UHGV virus genome: UHGV-0140021
Length of the DNA stretch: 20,318 bases
Strand: one strand, 5' to 3'
Origin: a virus
Shown here: in pieces, positions 1-8,695 of the stretch
Position numbering within the stretch: position 1 is the stretch's first letter
How the letters are laid out: every line of letters starts with the position of its first letter
Position numbers and translations under genes: made by a program
The notes under the pieces: generated by a model
Told to the model about the DNA's origin: nothing
Databases searched by the model: none
The model's input: the letters and a program-made list of their open reading frames with translations, nothing else

Positions 1-707
1 CCGGTACCCTGCACGAGATATTTAGCTTCACCGCGACCAATTCGCTGCGCAATACGTCCAGCCAGATATGCCTCAATATCTACACCGCTGTCCTGCAGCA
101 GTTCATTGGAGACGCGGATAATTTTGGATGACAGTTTTTTAGCCCCCAGGATTGCGGTGCCGAATGTCACATCCCCCTCCGTTGCTGCAGCGTTTTCTGC
201 AAGCAGTTCCCCCTCCTCAGCTGTACCATCAGAAGTGGACCAGGTAATATCCTGACCGTTTGAAGTATTTAGGATTTGCGCAACGCTCACGATCCCGCCG
301 TAAGCTTTCATGGCATCAATAATGGTATTTCGCATCTGGGTAGGGACCGTATAACCACCTTTATCATCAGGTGTCGTTCCCTGCGCACGAAGTTCTTTAA
401 CGGCCTGACGTTCTTTAGCAGTCAGCTCACCGAAGCCATGGCGCAGGAGACGCACTTCTGCCTGCATTTCAGGACTTTCCTGACGCTGGCGCTGTTCAGG
501 CTCCTGTTCATCAACAAAAGACTGATCATGGCGGCGCAATTCCTCTTCACGAGCGATACGCTCATCAAGCGCGTCCAGTTCGGATTTTGCGGCGTTCCAC
601 TGAGTGCGCTGCTCTTCGGTCCAGGTGGTATCACCAATTTTATCGTGCAGAGCACGCATATCAGTGGCGATGGTGTTACGTTTTTGCTTCATTTCATGCA
701 GTTTCAT
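1..707 (-). CDS. Major capsid protein, HK97 family (N-terminal ~235 aa; C-terminus lies beyond the window start)
   Basis: Reverse-strand frame open from the window edge to ATG at 707, preceded by AAGGA SD. N-terminus MKLHEMKQKRNTIATDMRALHDKIG... is a charged coiled-coil delta domain typical of HK97-fold capsids. Sits directly after the prohead protease. Absent from the ORF track because it has no in-window stop. Confidence 0.8.
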   Translation of the reverse strand, partial: MKLHEMKQKRNTIATDMRALHDKIGDTTWTEEQRTQWNAAKSELDALDERIAREEELRRHDQSFVDEQEPEQRQRQESPEMQAEVRLLRHGFGELTAKERQAVKELRAQGTTPDDKGGYTVPTQMRNTIIDAMKAYGGIVSVAQILNTSNGQDITWSTSDGTAEEGELLAENAAATEGDVTFGTAILGAKKLSSKIIRVSNELLQDSGVDIEAYLAGRIAQRIGRGEAKYLVQGT

Positions 708-716
708 GGTTTTTCC

Positions 717-1316
717 TTACGCGTTAAGAAGAGTCAGCAGGCGCTCACGCGCCATTCGTTGATTAATGGCGTTATGTAGCGCACCACTGTCGCGCGCCTC
801 CTGCCAGGCTTTCATCGATCGGACGCCGGAATCGGCCTCCTGATATGCGGGATAGGTCACCGGACTGACATCAAACAGCCGGGAAAACTTTGATATTTCT
901 CGAATAACTACCCCTTCGTCGTCCTCATACCAGTGCTCACCATCACGGGCGACTCGAAAGGCAAAGGACGACTGGTTAATGTCACCGCGAAGCATCGGAG
1001 CCAGCACCAGGTCGCGAATGGTTTGCGTATCCGGTGCGGTAATGTCGTATCGCAGACCGCGATCATCTACAGACAGTGACAACGTTCCGGCAGCGCTACG
1101 ACCAAGGATAAAATTAGGGTCATGGTTAAACAGCCCGCGAACATCATCATTGAGCACATCGTCAAAAGCACCGGGTTTGATAATTTCACGAAACCCCCAG
1201 AGAGGTTCCGAGCGACTGTTAAACACCGATCCGTAACCCAGAATGCGGGTGGGCTCATCGGTGCGTTGTTCCGCGCGAACCTCCCCGCTATAGCAGCGTG
1301 TTTCACGGTCATTCAT
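717..1316 (-). CDS. Prohead protease, HK97 family (peptidase S78/U35)
   Basis: 199-aa ORF between portal and capsid genes; sequence character and position match HK97 gp4-type prohead proteases. Confidence 0.8.
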   Translation of the reverse strand: MNDRETRCYSGEVRAEQRTDEPTRILGYGSVFNSRSEPLWGFREIIKPGAFDDVLNDDVRGLFNHDPNFILGRSAAGTLSLSVDDRGLRYDITAPDTQTIRDLVLAPMLRGDINQSSFAFRVARDGEHWYEDDEGVVIREISKFSRLFDVSPVTYPAYQEADSGVRSMKAWQEARDSGALHNAINQRMARERLLTLLNA

Positions 1317-2535
1317 TGGTTTTTTCCTCGTCGGTTTTTGGTGCCTTAAAATCGTCTGCCGGGTTAGCCGCGTTCACGCTTACCAGCATTTCATCCAGGC
1401 CGTCTACCGGGTTCATATCTTCAAAGGCTCGCACCTCGTTGCGGCTCATCCAGCCATCGGTAATTGCAAAGTGGTAGAACTGAGCACGCTCCTGCGGGGT
1501 TCCGCGTAGCAGGCCTGTCAGGTTAAACCGGACGTAATACCCTGCCGCCAGCTCCGCACGAGTAAACAGCCGTCGGTTAAGCTCCTGCTCCCAGTTCGTT
1601 ACCCACGGCATGATCGTGTAGCGGACAAACTGAATCGCCTGTTCGGAGATATTGGAGTAGGTGGCTTTTTCGAGATCGTTAATCATGTGTGCCGGTACGT
1701 TGAAAATCCCGGCTATCATTGAGCGATTTAGCTTGGACATGTCAATGATCTGCGCGTCAATTGGCGATACAGTCAATGCCCTGTAATCCAGATCCGCAGG
1801 CAGCAGCATGGTTTTGTTTTCCTGGCTCCGTAGCGCCAGCGCGGCTTTTTGCCAAACCTTTTTGAGCCGTTCCCATCCTTCGCTTTTAATTTCCCCCTTC
1901 ACCGTGACGATGCCAGCAGGCCTTGCATTCCCACTAAAGAAGCTCTCCGTATACTTCTGACCGCTCATGCCCATACCGATTGTTTCAGCATGCTGCATCA
2001 CTGGACTAAGCCCCATTTTCTGGTTATTACCCAGCGCGCGAATGTGAACCATATCGTCAGGGCTGATGGCGAAAGCGCCCTCTTCGTTGTAAACCCCATA
2101 AGTGTAACGCCCACCGGTATTAATCAGGGTCGTTTCCCATGGCATGCAGCAATCCAGTGCAGTTACTTCGCCGCGGAGGTTACGTTTCACCCAGGTGTAC
2201 CCATTCCCCCAGCCGAGGATGTGGCGTTGCTTCAGCTCACGCCATTTGTAACTGGTCTGCCAGGTGTTTGGCTCATCATGAACCAGATAAAACGCAGGGT
2301 GATCCCGTGCGGGTTCAACCTTACCATTGTGCTTACGCATAACATGCAGTGGCATCTGGGCAAGGTTGGAAGACAATACATAGATACAGGCATACACCGC
2401 CGCCAGTTTCATCGCAGTCTCAGGACTGACATAAACATCTGCCCGGAACAACCCATCAGTATCAACAGCATCCCCGGTAATCGGGGTGGAAGGATTTTCC
2501 AGTGACTCACTTCTGAACATAGCATCAAGCAGCAC
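1309..2535 (-). CDS. Portal protein, HK97 family
   Basis: 408-aa ORF downstream of large terminase; GTG start at 2535 preceded by AGGGGG SD; size and position typical of HK97-like portals. Confidence 0.85.
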   Translation of the reverse strand: MLLDAMFRSESLENPSTPITGDAVDTDGLFRADVYVSPETAMKLAAVYACIYVLSSNLAQMPLHVMRKHNGKVEPARDHPAFYLVHDEPNTWQTSYKWRELKQRHILGWGNGYTWVKRNLRGEVTALDCCMPWETTLINTGGRYTYGVYNEEGAFAISPDDMVHIRALGNNQKMGLSPVMQHAETIGMGMSGQKYTESFFSGNARPAGIVTVKGEIKSEGWERLKKVWQKAALALRSQENKTMLLPADLDYRALTVSPIDAQIIDMSKLNRSMIAGIFNVPAHMINDLEKATYSNISEQAIQFVRYTIMPWVTNWEQELNRRLFTRAELAAGYYVRFNLTGLLRGTPQERAQFYHFAITDGWMSRNEVRAFEDMNPVDGLDEMLVSVNAANPADDFKAPKTDEEKTNE

Positions 2536-2686
2536 GCGTCCCCCTTCTGGCTATAGCCAGGGCGCCGACCAGCAGGAGTCCGCCGGAGAACATGAGAGCC
2601 GGGGCCAGACCAAACTGTAGGTAAAACCCAGACGTGAGCAGGCCGAAACCGGCCATACCGATAACATCAGCAATAAGTGATTTCAT
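2525..2686 (-). CDS. Small hydrophobic protein (53 aa), predicted membrane peptide
   Basis: Hand translation gives [53 protein letters not shown]. Its ATG overlaps the TerL stop (ATGA) and its stop overlaps the portal start. Below the 60-aa cutoff of the ORF track. Confidence 0.4.
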   Translation of the reverse strand: MKSLIADVIGMAGFGLLTSGFYLQFGLAPALMFSGGLLLVGALAIARRGTRAA

Positions 2687-4416
2687 AGAATTAAGAGATC
2701 ATCGTCCGGATCAAGAGATGAGAGGAAATCGCCAGGCTCTTTAAGCATTGCCCGTCCGATCGCCATTATCAGCGCCACCGCGCCGTCGATTTTATTTTCG
2801 TTCTGCTCCTTGATAGGCTTCACAACATCATCGTTCCCCGGCAGATATTTCCCCACCACGTTGCTGATACACCAGCTCATGATCGGGTTACCGTCGTGAT
2901 GAAAACGCCCAGACTCAATGGCTGCTTCCAGCTCTTTCATTGGGTCTGACATATTGGTGTAGTTCTGAACGATAGTGATCGGATTAAGACTTTCATCAGC
3001 CAGATCATGTGAAAGCCCCGTCGCGCCGAATGGGTCAATCGGAGACTCACTGACCGGGTTGAGTTTGTTTGCTGCTTTGGCCTCTTCAAGGATGTAGCGG
3101 TAATCCACTTCAGCGCCATCAGTAACTGTAAGCAGTTCCATTTCAACCCATTTCTGAAATCGCTCCGCAGTACGACGATCTTCATTCTTTTCAACGCTGA
3201 ATACTGTGTCGTAAGGAACCCAGAAGCGGGGAGCAACGCTGTAGTAATGTGTCTTGCCGTCAATTTCTCTGGTGAACAACCGCGCCATACTGTTCATATC
3301 CAGCTTGCGCGCCAGGTCGAAAGACAGAACACATGGCTGTCCTTCGAATTGCTCCAGCGTCAGTGTCTTATCCTCGCAGTTCTGCCAGGAAACCAGGTTG
3401 TAGAAAGCGGCACGGGCTGCAACCCAGATATTGAGGTGTTTGGTTTTAAATACGCCAGCCTGGCGAGCATTATTGATAGCACGCTGTTGCTGGCTTAACA
3501 GAAAGTCACGGTAAACCGAGACACCCATATTCGGGTTGGCCTTCTCAAGCACTTTAGGATCGGTCCAGTCATCCCCCTCGTCGACGGTATATATCACGCC
3601 GAACAATTCCTCATTCGGTACCGTGCCGTTAAGCATCTCAATCACTTCACGCCGTTTGTCGTAGCATGGACCCTCAATGTTGTAACCTGCTGTGGTGATC
3701 GCCCACATCAGCGGTTGTCGCCGCGCCCCCATACCCGTCAGCATTGTGGTGTAGAGCGAATCTGTTGGGTGTTCGTGATACTCGTCAACAATCGCACAGT
3801 GCGGTGAAGCGCCGTCCCCAGGGTTACCAATCAGCGGCTCAAAACGCGCGCCATCTTCTGGCCGGTTCAGGTTGGACGCATTAACTTCAATCCCGAACGC
3901 GTCCACCAGCATCGGGGTGCGCTTACACATCAGACGAGCTGGTCTGAATACTTCCCACGCCTGTTTTTCAGTTGTGGCCCCGGAATATACTTCAGCGCCA
4001 AACTCGTTATCACAGGTAAAACAGTACAGCGCCACACCCGCCGAAATGGCCGATTTCCCGTTTTTACGCGGTATCTCCGTGTAAACCTCGCGAAATCGTC
4101 GAAGCTTCGACCCTTTCTGGACCCAGCCAAAGGCGCAGCACACAATAAACAGTTGCCATGCCTCCAGAGTGATCGGCATCCGCTTGAATGCCCACTCTCC
4201 TTTTGTATGTGGCAACAACTGGATAAATTTCGCGGCCTTTTCTGCCATGTCTTTATCGAAGCGGTAACGAAATTTCTTACTCTTTTCAGCCGCCATGTCA
4301 TCGATATGACGCTGGCAGGCCTGAATAACAAACTGGCACGCCGGAATTTTCCCCCGCACAACGTTGCGGGCGTATTGATTCGCGGCGTTTACGTTGGGGT
4401 ACGATTTCCGGCTCAT
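2683..4416 (-). CDS. Terminase large subunit
   Basis: 577-aa ORF, ATG overlapping the TerS stop (ATGA); size and gene order (TerS-TerL-portal) diagnostic. Confidence 0.9.
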   Translation of the reverse strand: MSRKSYPNVNAANQYARNVVRGKIPACQFVIQACQRHIDDMAAEKSKKFRYRFDKDMAEKAAKFIQLLPHTKGEWAFKRMPITLEAWQLFIVCCAFGWVQKGSKLRRFREVYTEIPRKNGKSAISAGVALYCFTCDNEFGAEVYSGATTEKQAWEVFRPARLMCKRTPMLVDAFGIEVNASNLNRPEDGARFEPLIGNPGDGASPHCAIVDEYHEHPTDSLYTTMLTGMGARRQPLMWAITTAGYNIEGPCYDKRREVIEMLNGTVPNEELFGVIYTVDEGDDWTDPKVLEKANPNMGVSVYRDFLLSQQQRAINNARQAGVFKTKHLNIWVAARAAFYNLVSWQNCEDKTLTLEQFEGQPCVLSFDLARKLDMNSMARLFTREIDGKTHYYSVAPRFWVPYDTVFSVEKNEDRRTAERFQKWVEMELLTVTDGAEVDYRYILEEAKAANKLNPVSESPIDPFGATGLSHDLADESLNPITIVQNYTNMSDPMKELEAAIESGRFHHDGNPIMSWCISNVVGKYLPGNDDVVKPIKEQNENKIDGAVALIMAIGRAMLKEPGDFLSSLDPDDDLLIL

Positions 4417-4910
4417 GAGTTGATCATCTTCAGGAATGGGTTAGAGGTTTTCTTCTGTCCGGCAAGGCCAATCAGTCGCTGACGACTGCTGGGGTCAAGG
4501 CCAAGCATGGAGCCGGTAGAACTCATCTCCGATTCCTGCTCTTTCTTTGCGGTTAGCTCAGGGTTTTTTATCTTCCCCCCCATAGCACCAGTGATAGACA
4601 GCCCGTCTCTGGCGATATTTTTAACCGCCCTACGCCAGAACTCGTAGGCAACACACCAGCGCTCAAGTACGGCAAGATCGGTAACACACAGTAATCCCTG
4701 CCCACATAATTCTTTTGTGGTCAGTTCCCACATGATGACCGCCATAGGCAGACCGTCATCCTCAGAAAACCAGTCAGGTGGCGCCACACCTTTAATCGGT
4801 GTGAATACAGGTTCCTCTTTATTCAGGGCTCGTTTGCCGGGGTTCCCTGCCAGCTCCTTGCGCGCCGTTGGTTTGGGGCGACGCCCGGAACGCCCCGCCG
4901 TTCCAGCCAT
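4413..4910 (-). CDS. Terminase small subunit (P27 family)
   Basis: N-terminus [27 protein letters not shown] matches the characteristic P27-family start. ATG at 4910 has a GGAG SD 8 nt upstream; the ORF-track start at 4919 is an upstream GTG. Confidence 0.8.
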   Translation of the reverse strand: MAGTAGRSGRRPKPTARKELAGNPGKRALNKEEPVFTPIKGVAPPDWFSEDDGLPMAVIMWELTTKELCGQGLLCVTDLAVLERWCVAYEFWRRAVKNIARDGLSITGAMGGKIKNPELTAKKEQESEMSSTGSMLGLDPSSRQRLIGLAGQKKTSNPFLKMINS

Positions 4911-4919
4911 AAGCGACAC

Positions 4920-5036
4920 TCCTGGTTAAATTTCATTTTTCGCGGGTATAAAAATACGAGGAGGCGGGCAGTCCGGAAGGCGCGCGGTCGCAGAGATTAT
5001 ACCTCCCCCCACCCCAACTGATAATGACATATATTC
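4920..5036. other. Putative cos / packaging-recognition region between HNH endonuclease and small terminase
   Basis: 117-bp intergenic region with G/C runs (GGGGGGAGG, GCGACCGCGCGCC) and AT-rich blocks, placed where cos sites lie in HNH-TerS-TerL cos phages. Exact cut site not determinable from sequence alone. Confidence 0.3.
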
Positions 5037-5387
5037 TCATTTGAGCCGTTCACGCGCAGTCTTCGCTGCGTGACACGACCAACACAGGCTTTCAAGGTTG
5101 CTGTCTTCATCAGTGCCGCCGTGGGCCTTCGCTTTGATATGGTCCACGCAGGACGCCTGCTTCACTACTCCCTGCCGAAGATGGTTCTGACACAGCCCTT
5201 TGTCGCGCTTAAGTATCCGCTCCCGTATGACTTCCCACTTTGTTCCGTATCCACGCTGCTGCCGTGATTGACCTGGCTTATAGGACTTCCAGCCTTCACC
5301 TTTGTGATTTTCACAGTAGCCAGACGGGTCTGTTGTGGTGTTCCGACAGCCGCGAACGCGACAAGCCTTCGGTGTGCGCGGTGGCAT
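5037..5387 (-). CDS. HNH endonuclease (terminase-associated)
   Basis: Cys/His-rich protein (CRVRGC...CENH...CQNH...CVDH...HGG...N...CWSCH) with an HNH motif; ATG at 5387 with GGGGAG SD; location immediately upstream of the terminase genes. Confidence 0.85.
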   Translation of the reverse strand: MPPRTPKACRVRGCRNTTTDPSGYCENHKGEGWKSYKPGQSRQQRGYGTKWEVIRERILKRDKGLCQNHLRQGVVKQASCVDHIKAKAHGGTDEDSNLESLCWSCHAAKTARERLK

Positions 5388-5452
5388 ATTCACTCCCCAA
5401 AAAAACGCATAGCATTATCGCAGGCACTCAGTGAATGCCTGCTGTAATGCCG

Positions 5453-5650
5453 CTAGTCGTCGAGTTGCAGCACACCGTGCTCAAGTGACTCTGAGTAGGC
5501 GATCAGCCCTTTATATTCAGGGATAATCTCGCCATCTTCCGCTTCGAATTCCGGGATTGTCCCAGTGGTAATGGTGTATTGGGGCTGACCATCTTCCTTC
5601 GCAAAGGCTGCCAGGTCCTCAATCTGCTTAGCTGTAAGAACTACTGCCAT
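5453..5650 (-). CDS. Hypothetical small acidic protein (~65 aa)
   Basis: ORF between spanin and HNH genes; GAGG SD before the second ATG (5650); very acidic (EFEAEDGEIIPEYKG). Function unknown. Confidence 0.5.
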   Translation of the reverse strand: MAVVLTAKQIEDLAAFAKEDGQPQYTITTGTIPEFEAEDGEIIPEYKGLIAYSESLEHGVLQLDD

Positions 5651-5679
5651 ACTCATACCTCTGTTGTTAAAAAGCCCCG

Positions 5680-5934
5680 CTATTGCGAGGCTCGTGATTG
5701 CTCAATCGTTCGAATGTCTGCTTTATCCCTGTTACACATCCCCAACGCCCCCAGTAGGCTCACATTCAGATCAAGACTGGCCCCATAGGTCAGCGGGTCT
5801 GGAATATATGGCTGCGGGGTTTCAGCGGTCAGATTGGACGGAACTGGTTGCTGCGGCACTGGTACGTACACCGTCCGCGTATTGCCGCAGCCGGTCAGCA
5901 GCTGCAGCAGGAACAGGCCGGCGAGAGCAATCAT
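5680..5934 (-). CDS. Rz1-like o-spanin (outer-membrane lipoprotein), overlapping the 3' end of Rz in another frame
   Basis: Signal peptide with lipobox (LLQLLTGC) then a proline-rich segment (VPVPQQPVPSNLTAETPQPYIPDP). Starts inside the Rz gene; start taken at the internal Met (5934). Confidence 0.65.
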   Translation of the reverse strand: MIALAGLFLLQLLTGCGNTRTVYVPVPQQPVPSNLTAETPQPYIPDPLTYGASLDLNVSLLGALGMCNRDKADIRTIEQSRASQ

Positions 5935-6223
5935 CACCCGCAACAGCCACTTTGATATCTTCCTGAGTTCTCTGTGACTCCAGTGCGATCTGGTTTTTTG
6001 CATGCTGGTTAGCTCCCAGAATCATATTGGTGATGGCAACGGTTTTCAGTACGTTATCCATTACAGCGCGGTTGCTGTCGTTCGCATCCTGTAGCGTGTT
6101 CAGGCTGGCACTGATGCGAGTATTTTCATTCCAGAGCCAGGAGAAGATAACCAGCGCAACGATAGTCAGCCACCAGCGCCAATGCGCTTTAAACAAACCA
6201 AAGAGAGTGATAAGCGCCATCAT
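5822..6223 (-). CDS. Rz-like i-spanin
   Basis: 133 aa with N-terminal transmembrane segment (LTIVALVIFSWLW) and a charged helical periplasmic domain; ATG overlaps the endolysin stop (ATGA). Confidence 0.7.
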   Translation of the reverse strand: MMALITLFGLFKAHWRWWLTIVALVIFSWLWNENTRISASLNTLQDANDSNRAVMDNVLKTVAITNMILGANQHAKNQIALESQRTQEDIKVAVAGDDCSRRPVPAAAADRLRQYADGVRTSAAATSSVQSDR

Positions 6224-6834
6224 GACAGCTCCGCCAGCGACCGGCTGTAACGCACCTTACGGTCAGTCAGTCCATTCTGGCCACCATTGATGATCTGCGT
6301 GACACGCACGATGTCGCCCGAATAAAGCAGACAACCACGCATGGTGAAGTACCACGCCGCCGAACGAGCCGCATGTCGCTCTTGCGTCAGAAGTTCTGGC
6401 GTACTGACAAGGTCAAGCTTCAGCGCCGAACCGCATTTGGTGTAGTTCTCGCGGCCGGTGATTTGAAGCAGGCCACGACCGCGATATTTCCAGCCGTCAC
6501 CCTGGCTGTTATTCCCCATACGGTCACCGTAAACCAGATTGGCTATTTGTGGCTGGTGAGCGACCTGTTTACCATCGACACGCCCCAGTATTTCGCACTG
6601 GTACGGCGTCAAGCGCTTACCAAAGGTTTTCTTCAGCCCGTCTACCGAGTAGTTGAAGCTCTCGACCAGCGAGGTAAAACCAGCAGATTCATGCCCAACT
6701 TGTGCAATGAACATGGCCTGATCGTTAACTGCTGTAATTCCAAACTCTTTCATTGCCGCATCAATGTGCAGAAACCAGCGTGCAGAAAGCCCGGCGCTGA
6801 TACCAGCCGCCTGCTGAAATTGTTGTTGGTTCAT
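6220..6834 (-). CDS. Endolysin, glycoside hydrolase family 19 (chitinase-like)
   Basis: 204-aa ORF directly after the holin; AQVGHESAGF...LVESFNYS...GRGLLQITGRENY motifs typical of GH19 endolysins. Confidence 0.85.
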   Translation of the reverse strand: MNQQQFQQAAGISAGLSARWFLHIDAAMKEFGITAVNDQAMFIAQVGHESAGFTSLVESFNYSVDGLKKTFGKRLTPYQCEILGRVDGKQVAHQPQIANLVYGDRMGNNSQGDGWKYRGRGLLQITGRENYTKCGSALKLDLVSTPELLTQERHAARSAAWYFTMRGCLLYSGDIVRVTQIINGGQNGLTDRKVRYSRSLAELS

Positions 6835-6843
6835 GGGGATCCC

Positions 6844-7179
6844 TTACTTGGCGTCGCCACCAAAGCGAACGTTGAAAACACGCGTGGCCATTGAGCGCAC
6901 CTGCTCAACGCCAACGAAACCCAGCGCGCCACCGATAGCGATGGAAAGAGACTGTGGAAGGTTGAAATACTCGAGTGCGGAAACAGCCGTCAGCGTCATG
7001 GCGCCACACATCAACCCTTCCAGCACCATCTTTTTCCAGCCACCGCCGACATACGCAATTCGCAGTACAGCCATCGCTACCGATAAAAGGACGGCACCCA
7101 TTGGCGTATCACCGCGCCACCAGCTATGAAGTAACTCAATTAACTCCGTCCAGGAGTGAGGGTCGTTGTGCATTTTCAT
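6844..7179 (-). CDS. Holin (possible holin/antiholin dual start, MKM...)
   Basis: 111-aa protein with hydrophobic transmembrane segments, first gene of the lysis cassette, GGAGGTGA SD upstream. The N-terminus Met-Lys-Met resembles the lambda S dual-start arrangement. Confidence 0.75.
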   Translation of the reverse strand: MKMHNDPHSWTELIELLHSWWRGDTPMGAVLLSVAMAVLRIAYVGGGWKKMVLEGLMCGAMTLTAVSALEYFNLPQSLSIAIGGALGFVGVEQVRSMATRVFNVRFGGDAK

Positions 7180-7363
7180 GGTCTCTCACCTCCGATAGTT
7201 CGGATGGCGCTGTGTGATGAAAGGAGGATCAGGCTTCACGGGCTGGATTTATCAACAATGCGTATCGAGGATGATTCCCGTGATCCTGAATCAGAACGGG
7301 CTCTGCGCAAGCGCCTGTCGGATTGGGTTATGAGCCGTCCGTCAGTGAGCCCTGAATATGAAA

Positions 7364-7385
7364 AAGGCCACCAGAAGGCAGCCTT
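7364..7385 (-). terminator. Weak hairpin-plus-U-run downstream of the 80-aa moron ORF
   Basis: AAGGC / GCCTT stem (5 bp) with 12-nt loop followed by TTT on the minus strand; weak. Confidence 0.25.
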
Positions 7386-7420
7386 AATAAATGTGGTGTA
7401 CCTATTTATTAATCAGATAG

Positions 7421-7663
7421 TTAAGACTCAAGATCAATTAAATAGCTATTCCCTTTAGACGTAATTCTATTCACTATCCAGCTGTCGTCACAATCAGACG
7501 TACTCTGCACAGCATTTACCAGACCCAACTCAGCGAGATCAGAAATAGCAAAATTCACCGCTTCCGCTGGAATGTGAGGAAGATCAGAAGATTGAATTGT
7601 TTCACGTGGTCCAAGAGCGCTTGCGCGACTCAGAGTTTCGATATGAACAGATGTTAATTTCAT
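7421..7663 (-). CDS. Hypothetical protein (80 aa), moron between the Q terminator and holin; possible small winged-helix protein
   Basis: ORF with AAGGCGG SD, bracketed by a candidate extended -10 promoter (TGTTACAAT, plus 7699-7707) and a downstream hairpin; lower GC than flanking genes. Confidence 0.5.
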   Translation of the reverse strand: MKLTSVHIETLSRASALGPRETIQSSDLPHIPAEAVNFAISDLAELGLVNAVQSTSDCDDSWIVNRITSKGNSYLIDLES

Positions 7664-7741
7664 TATGCCGCCTTTGTGTTGTCGTTTTGCTTGCGGCTAT
7701 TGTAACACATTGATTTTTACGTAGATTGAATGGCCTAGTGC

Positions 7742-7768
7742 AAAAAAAACCCGCTCGGTGGCGGGTTT
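7742..7768 (-). terminator. Rho-independent terminator downstream of the Q-like gene (tR'-like)
   Basis: Minus-strand read: ACCCGC-caccga-GCGGGT followed by eight T. GC-rich 5-6 bp stem, 6-nt loop, long U-run. Confidence 0.75.
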
Positions 7769-7778
7769 CTTAACTCTG

Positions 7779-7833
7779 AACATACAATGCCCATCGTTAA
7801 TGTCAAATATACACAAAAACGGCAACATTGCAA
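7779..7833 (-). promoter_or_regulatory. Candidate late promoter (pR'-like) between Q and the terminator
   Basis: Minus strand carries TTGCAA-16nt-TATATT and an overlapping TTGACA-16nt-TATGTT; either would initiate a short transcript ending at the terminator, as in lambda pR'-tR'. Exact -35/-10 assignment uncertain. Confidence 0.4.
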
Positions 7834-7849
7834 ACATCATGACGCTAAA

Positions 7850-8680
7850 TTACGCGATATTTATCACATCTTCACTTTTAGTCACCCGATTCAGTTGAGA
7901 GCTTGAATAACTCTCCTCCTGGAAACATTTGGTCACCAGGCTTTCATAGAATGGTTTCCAGCTATAACGCCACGTTCGGTCAGGCAGACTCGGCAACTCA
8001 GAAAAAACACCTCGATAGGCAACCGATGATTTTGGCCTGCTGTATCCCCGACCTTCACAGCGCTTACATTCTTTGTAAACCGGTACGCCCTGCAGTTCTG
8101 TCGCTTTACGGTCAATAGTCTTACCTGTGCCGCCGCACTGGCATCGCTTACTTAACTTTCCTGTGCCATGGCAGCGGGAACATAACGTATGATCAGTGTC
8201 AGTTACATCGCGCTTAACCTCAAAGTCAGATGGTGACTGTCTCAGGTCTTTTGCCCATTGTGGCAATCGCATTGTGTAATGACTTTTAGTCACGGTTTTA
8301 GTAGTTGTAAGCAACCCTTTACCACTACATTTTGGGCATGCCACGCTATCAGCGGCTGATGAGGAATAATCGTTATAGGCAAACCGGGCAAGAATACGCA
8401 TGCAGAGGGGAAACTTTTTCCCTGACGCTTTACGAATGGCCATGGGCGCATGCTCTTTCGCGTACTCCGTTAGCCAAGCTATTGACGCCTCCCTGTCCTG
8501 GCTGCTGATACCAGCTTTGCCCAGAAACATTGCCAGGCCTATCCCCGCATCGGCCTGAGTCATCCCCAGTGCAGCCATTACATCAGTAACCGTCAGTTGT
8601 TCACTGGCTGTCGCTCTGCTGGTATCTGATATGTGCATACCTTTCGGCGCAAAAAATTTCAGTACATTATCCAGGTTCAT
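7850..8680 (-). CDS. Antitermination protein Q-like
   Basis: 276-aa protein with several CxxC zinc-binding pairs (CPKC, CSRC, CQC, CKRC); last gene before the late promoter/terminator and lysis cassette; N-terminus resembles enterobacterial prophage Q proteins (from memory, not searched). Confidence 0.65.
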   Translation of the reverse strand: MNLDNVLKFFAPKGMHISDTSRATASEQLTVTDVMAALGMTQADAGIGLAMFLGKAGISSQDREASIAWLTEYAKEHAPMAIRKASGKKFPLCMRILARFAYNDYSSSAADSVACPKCSGKGLLTTTKTVTKSHYTMRLPQWAKDLRQSPSDFEVKRDVTDTDHTLCSRCHGTGKLSKRCQCGGTGKTIDRKATELQGVPVYKECKRCEGRGYSRPKSSVAYRGVFSELPSLPDRTWRYSWKPFYESLVTKCFQEESYSSSQLNRVTKSEDVINIA

Positions 8681-8695
8681 ACGGTCTCCATACGT

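Noticed and set aside
276-779. Plus-strand 167-aa ORF overlapping the capsid and protease genes
   Set aside because: Antisense to two well-supported phage structural genes with conserved motifs and coupling; no SD; typical shadow ORF.
1849-2505. Plus-strand 218-aa ORF (and nested 2139..2342) inside the portal gene
   Set aside because: Antisense to the portal CDS; repetitive low-complexity translation; no independent start signals.
3247-4482. Several ORFs (3247..3498 +, 3872..4084 +, 3930..4361 -, 4153..4482 +, 2937..3263 -) overlapping the large terminase
   Set aside because: All lie inside or antisense to the 577-aa TerL frame, which is the only one with operon coupling and expected size.
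7156-7458. Plus-strand 100-aa ORF in the gap between the moron and the holin
   Set aside because: Runs antisense to the late operon, has no SD, ends in AT-rich codons and contains the hairpin used as the moron terminator; more likely non-coding spacer, though a small antisense gene cannot be excluded without expression data.
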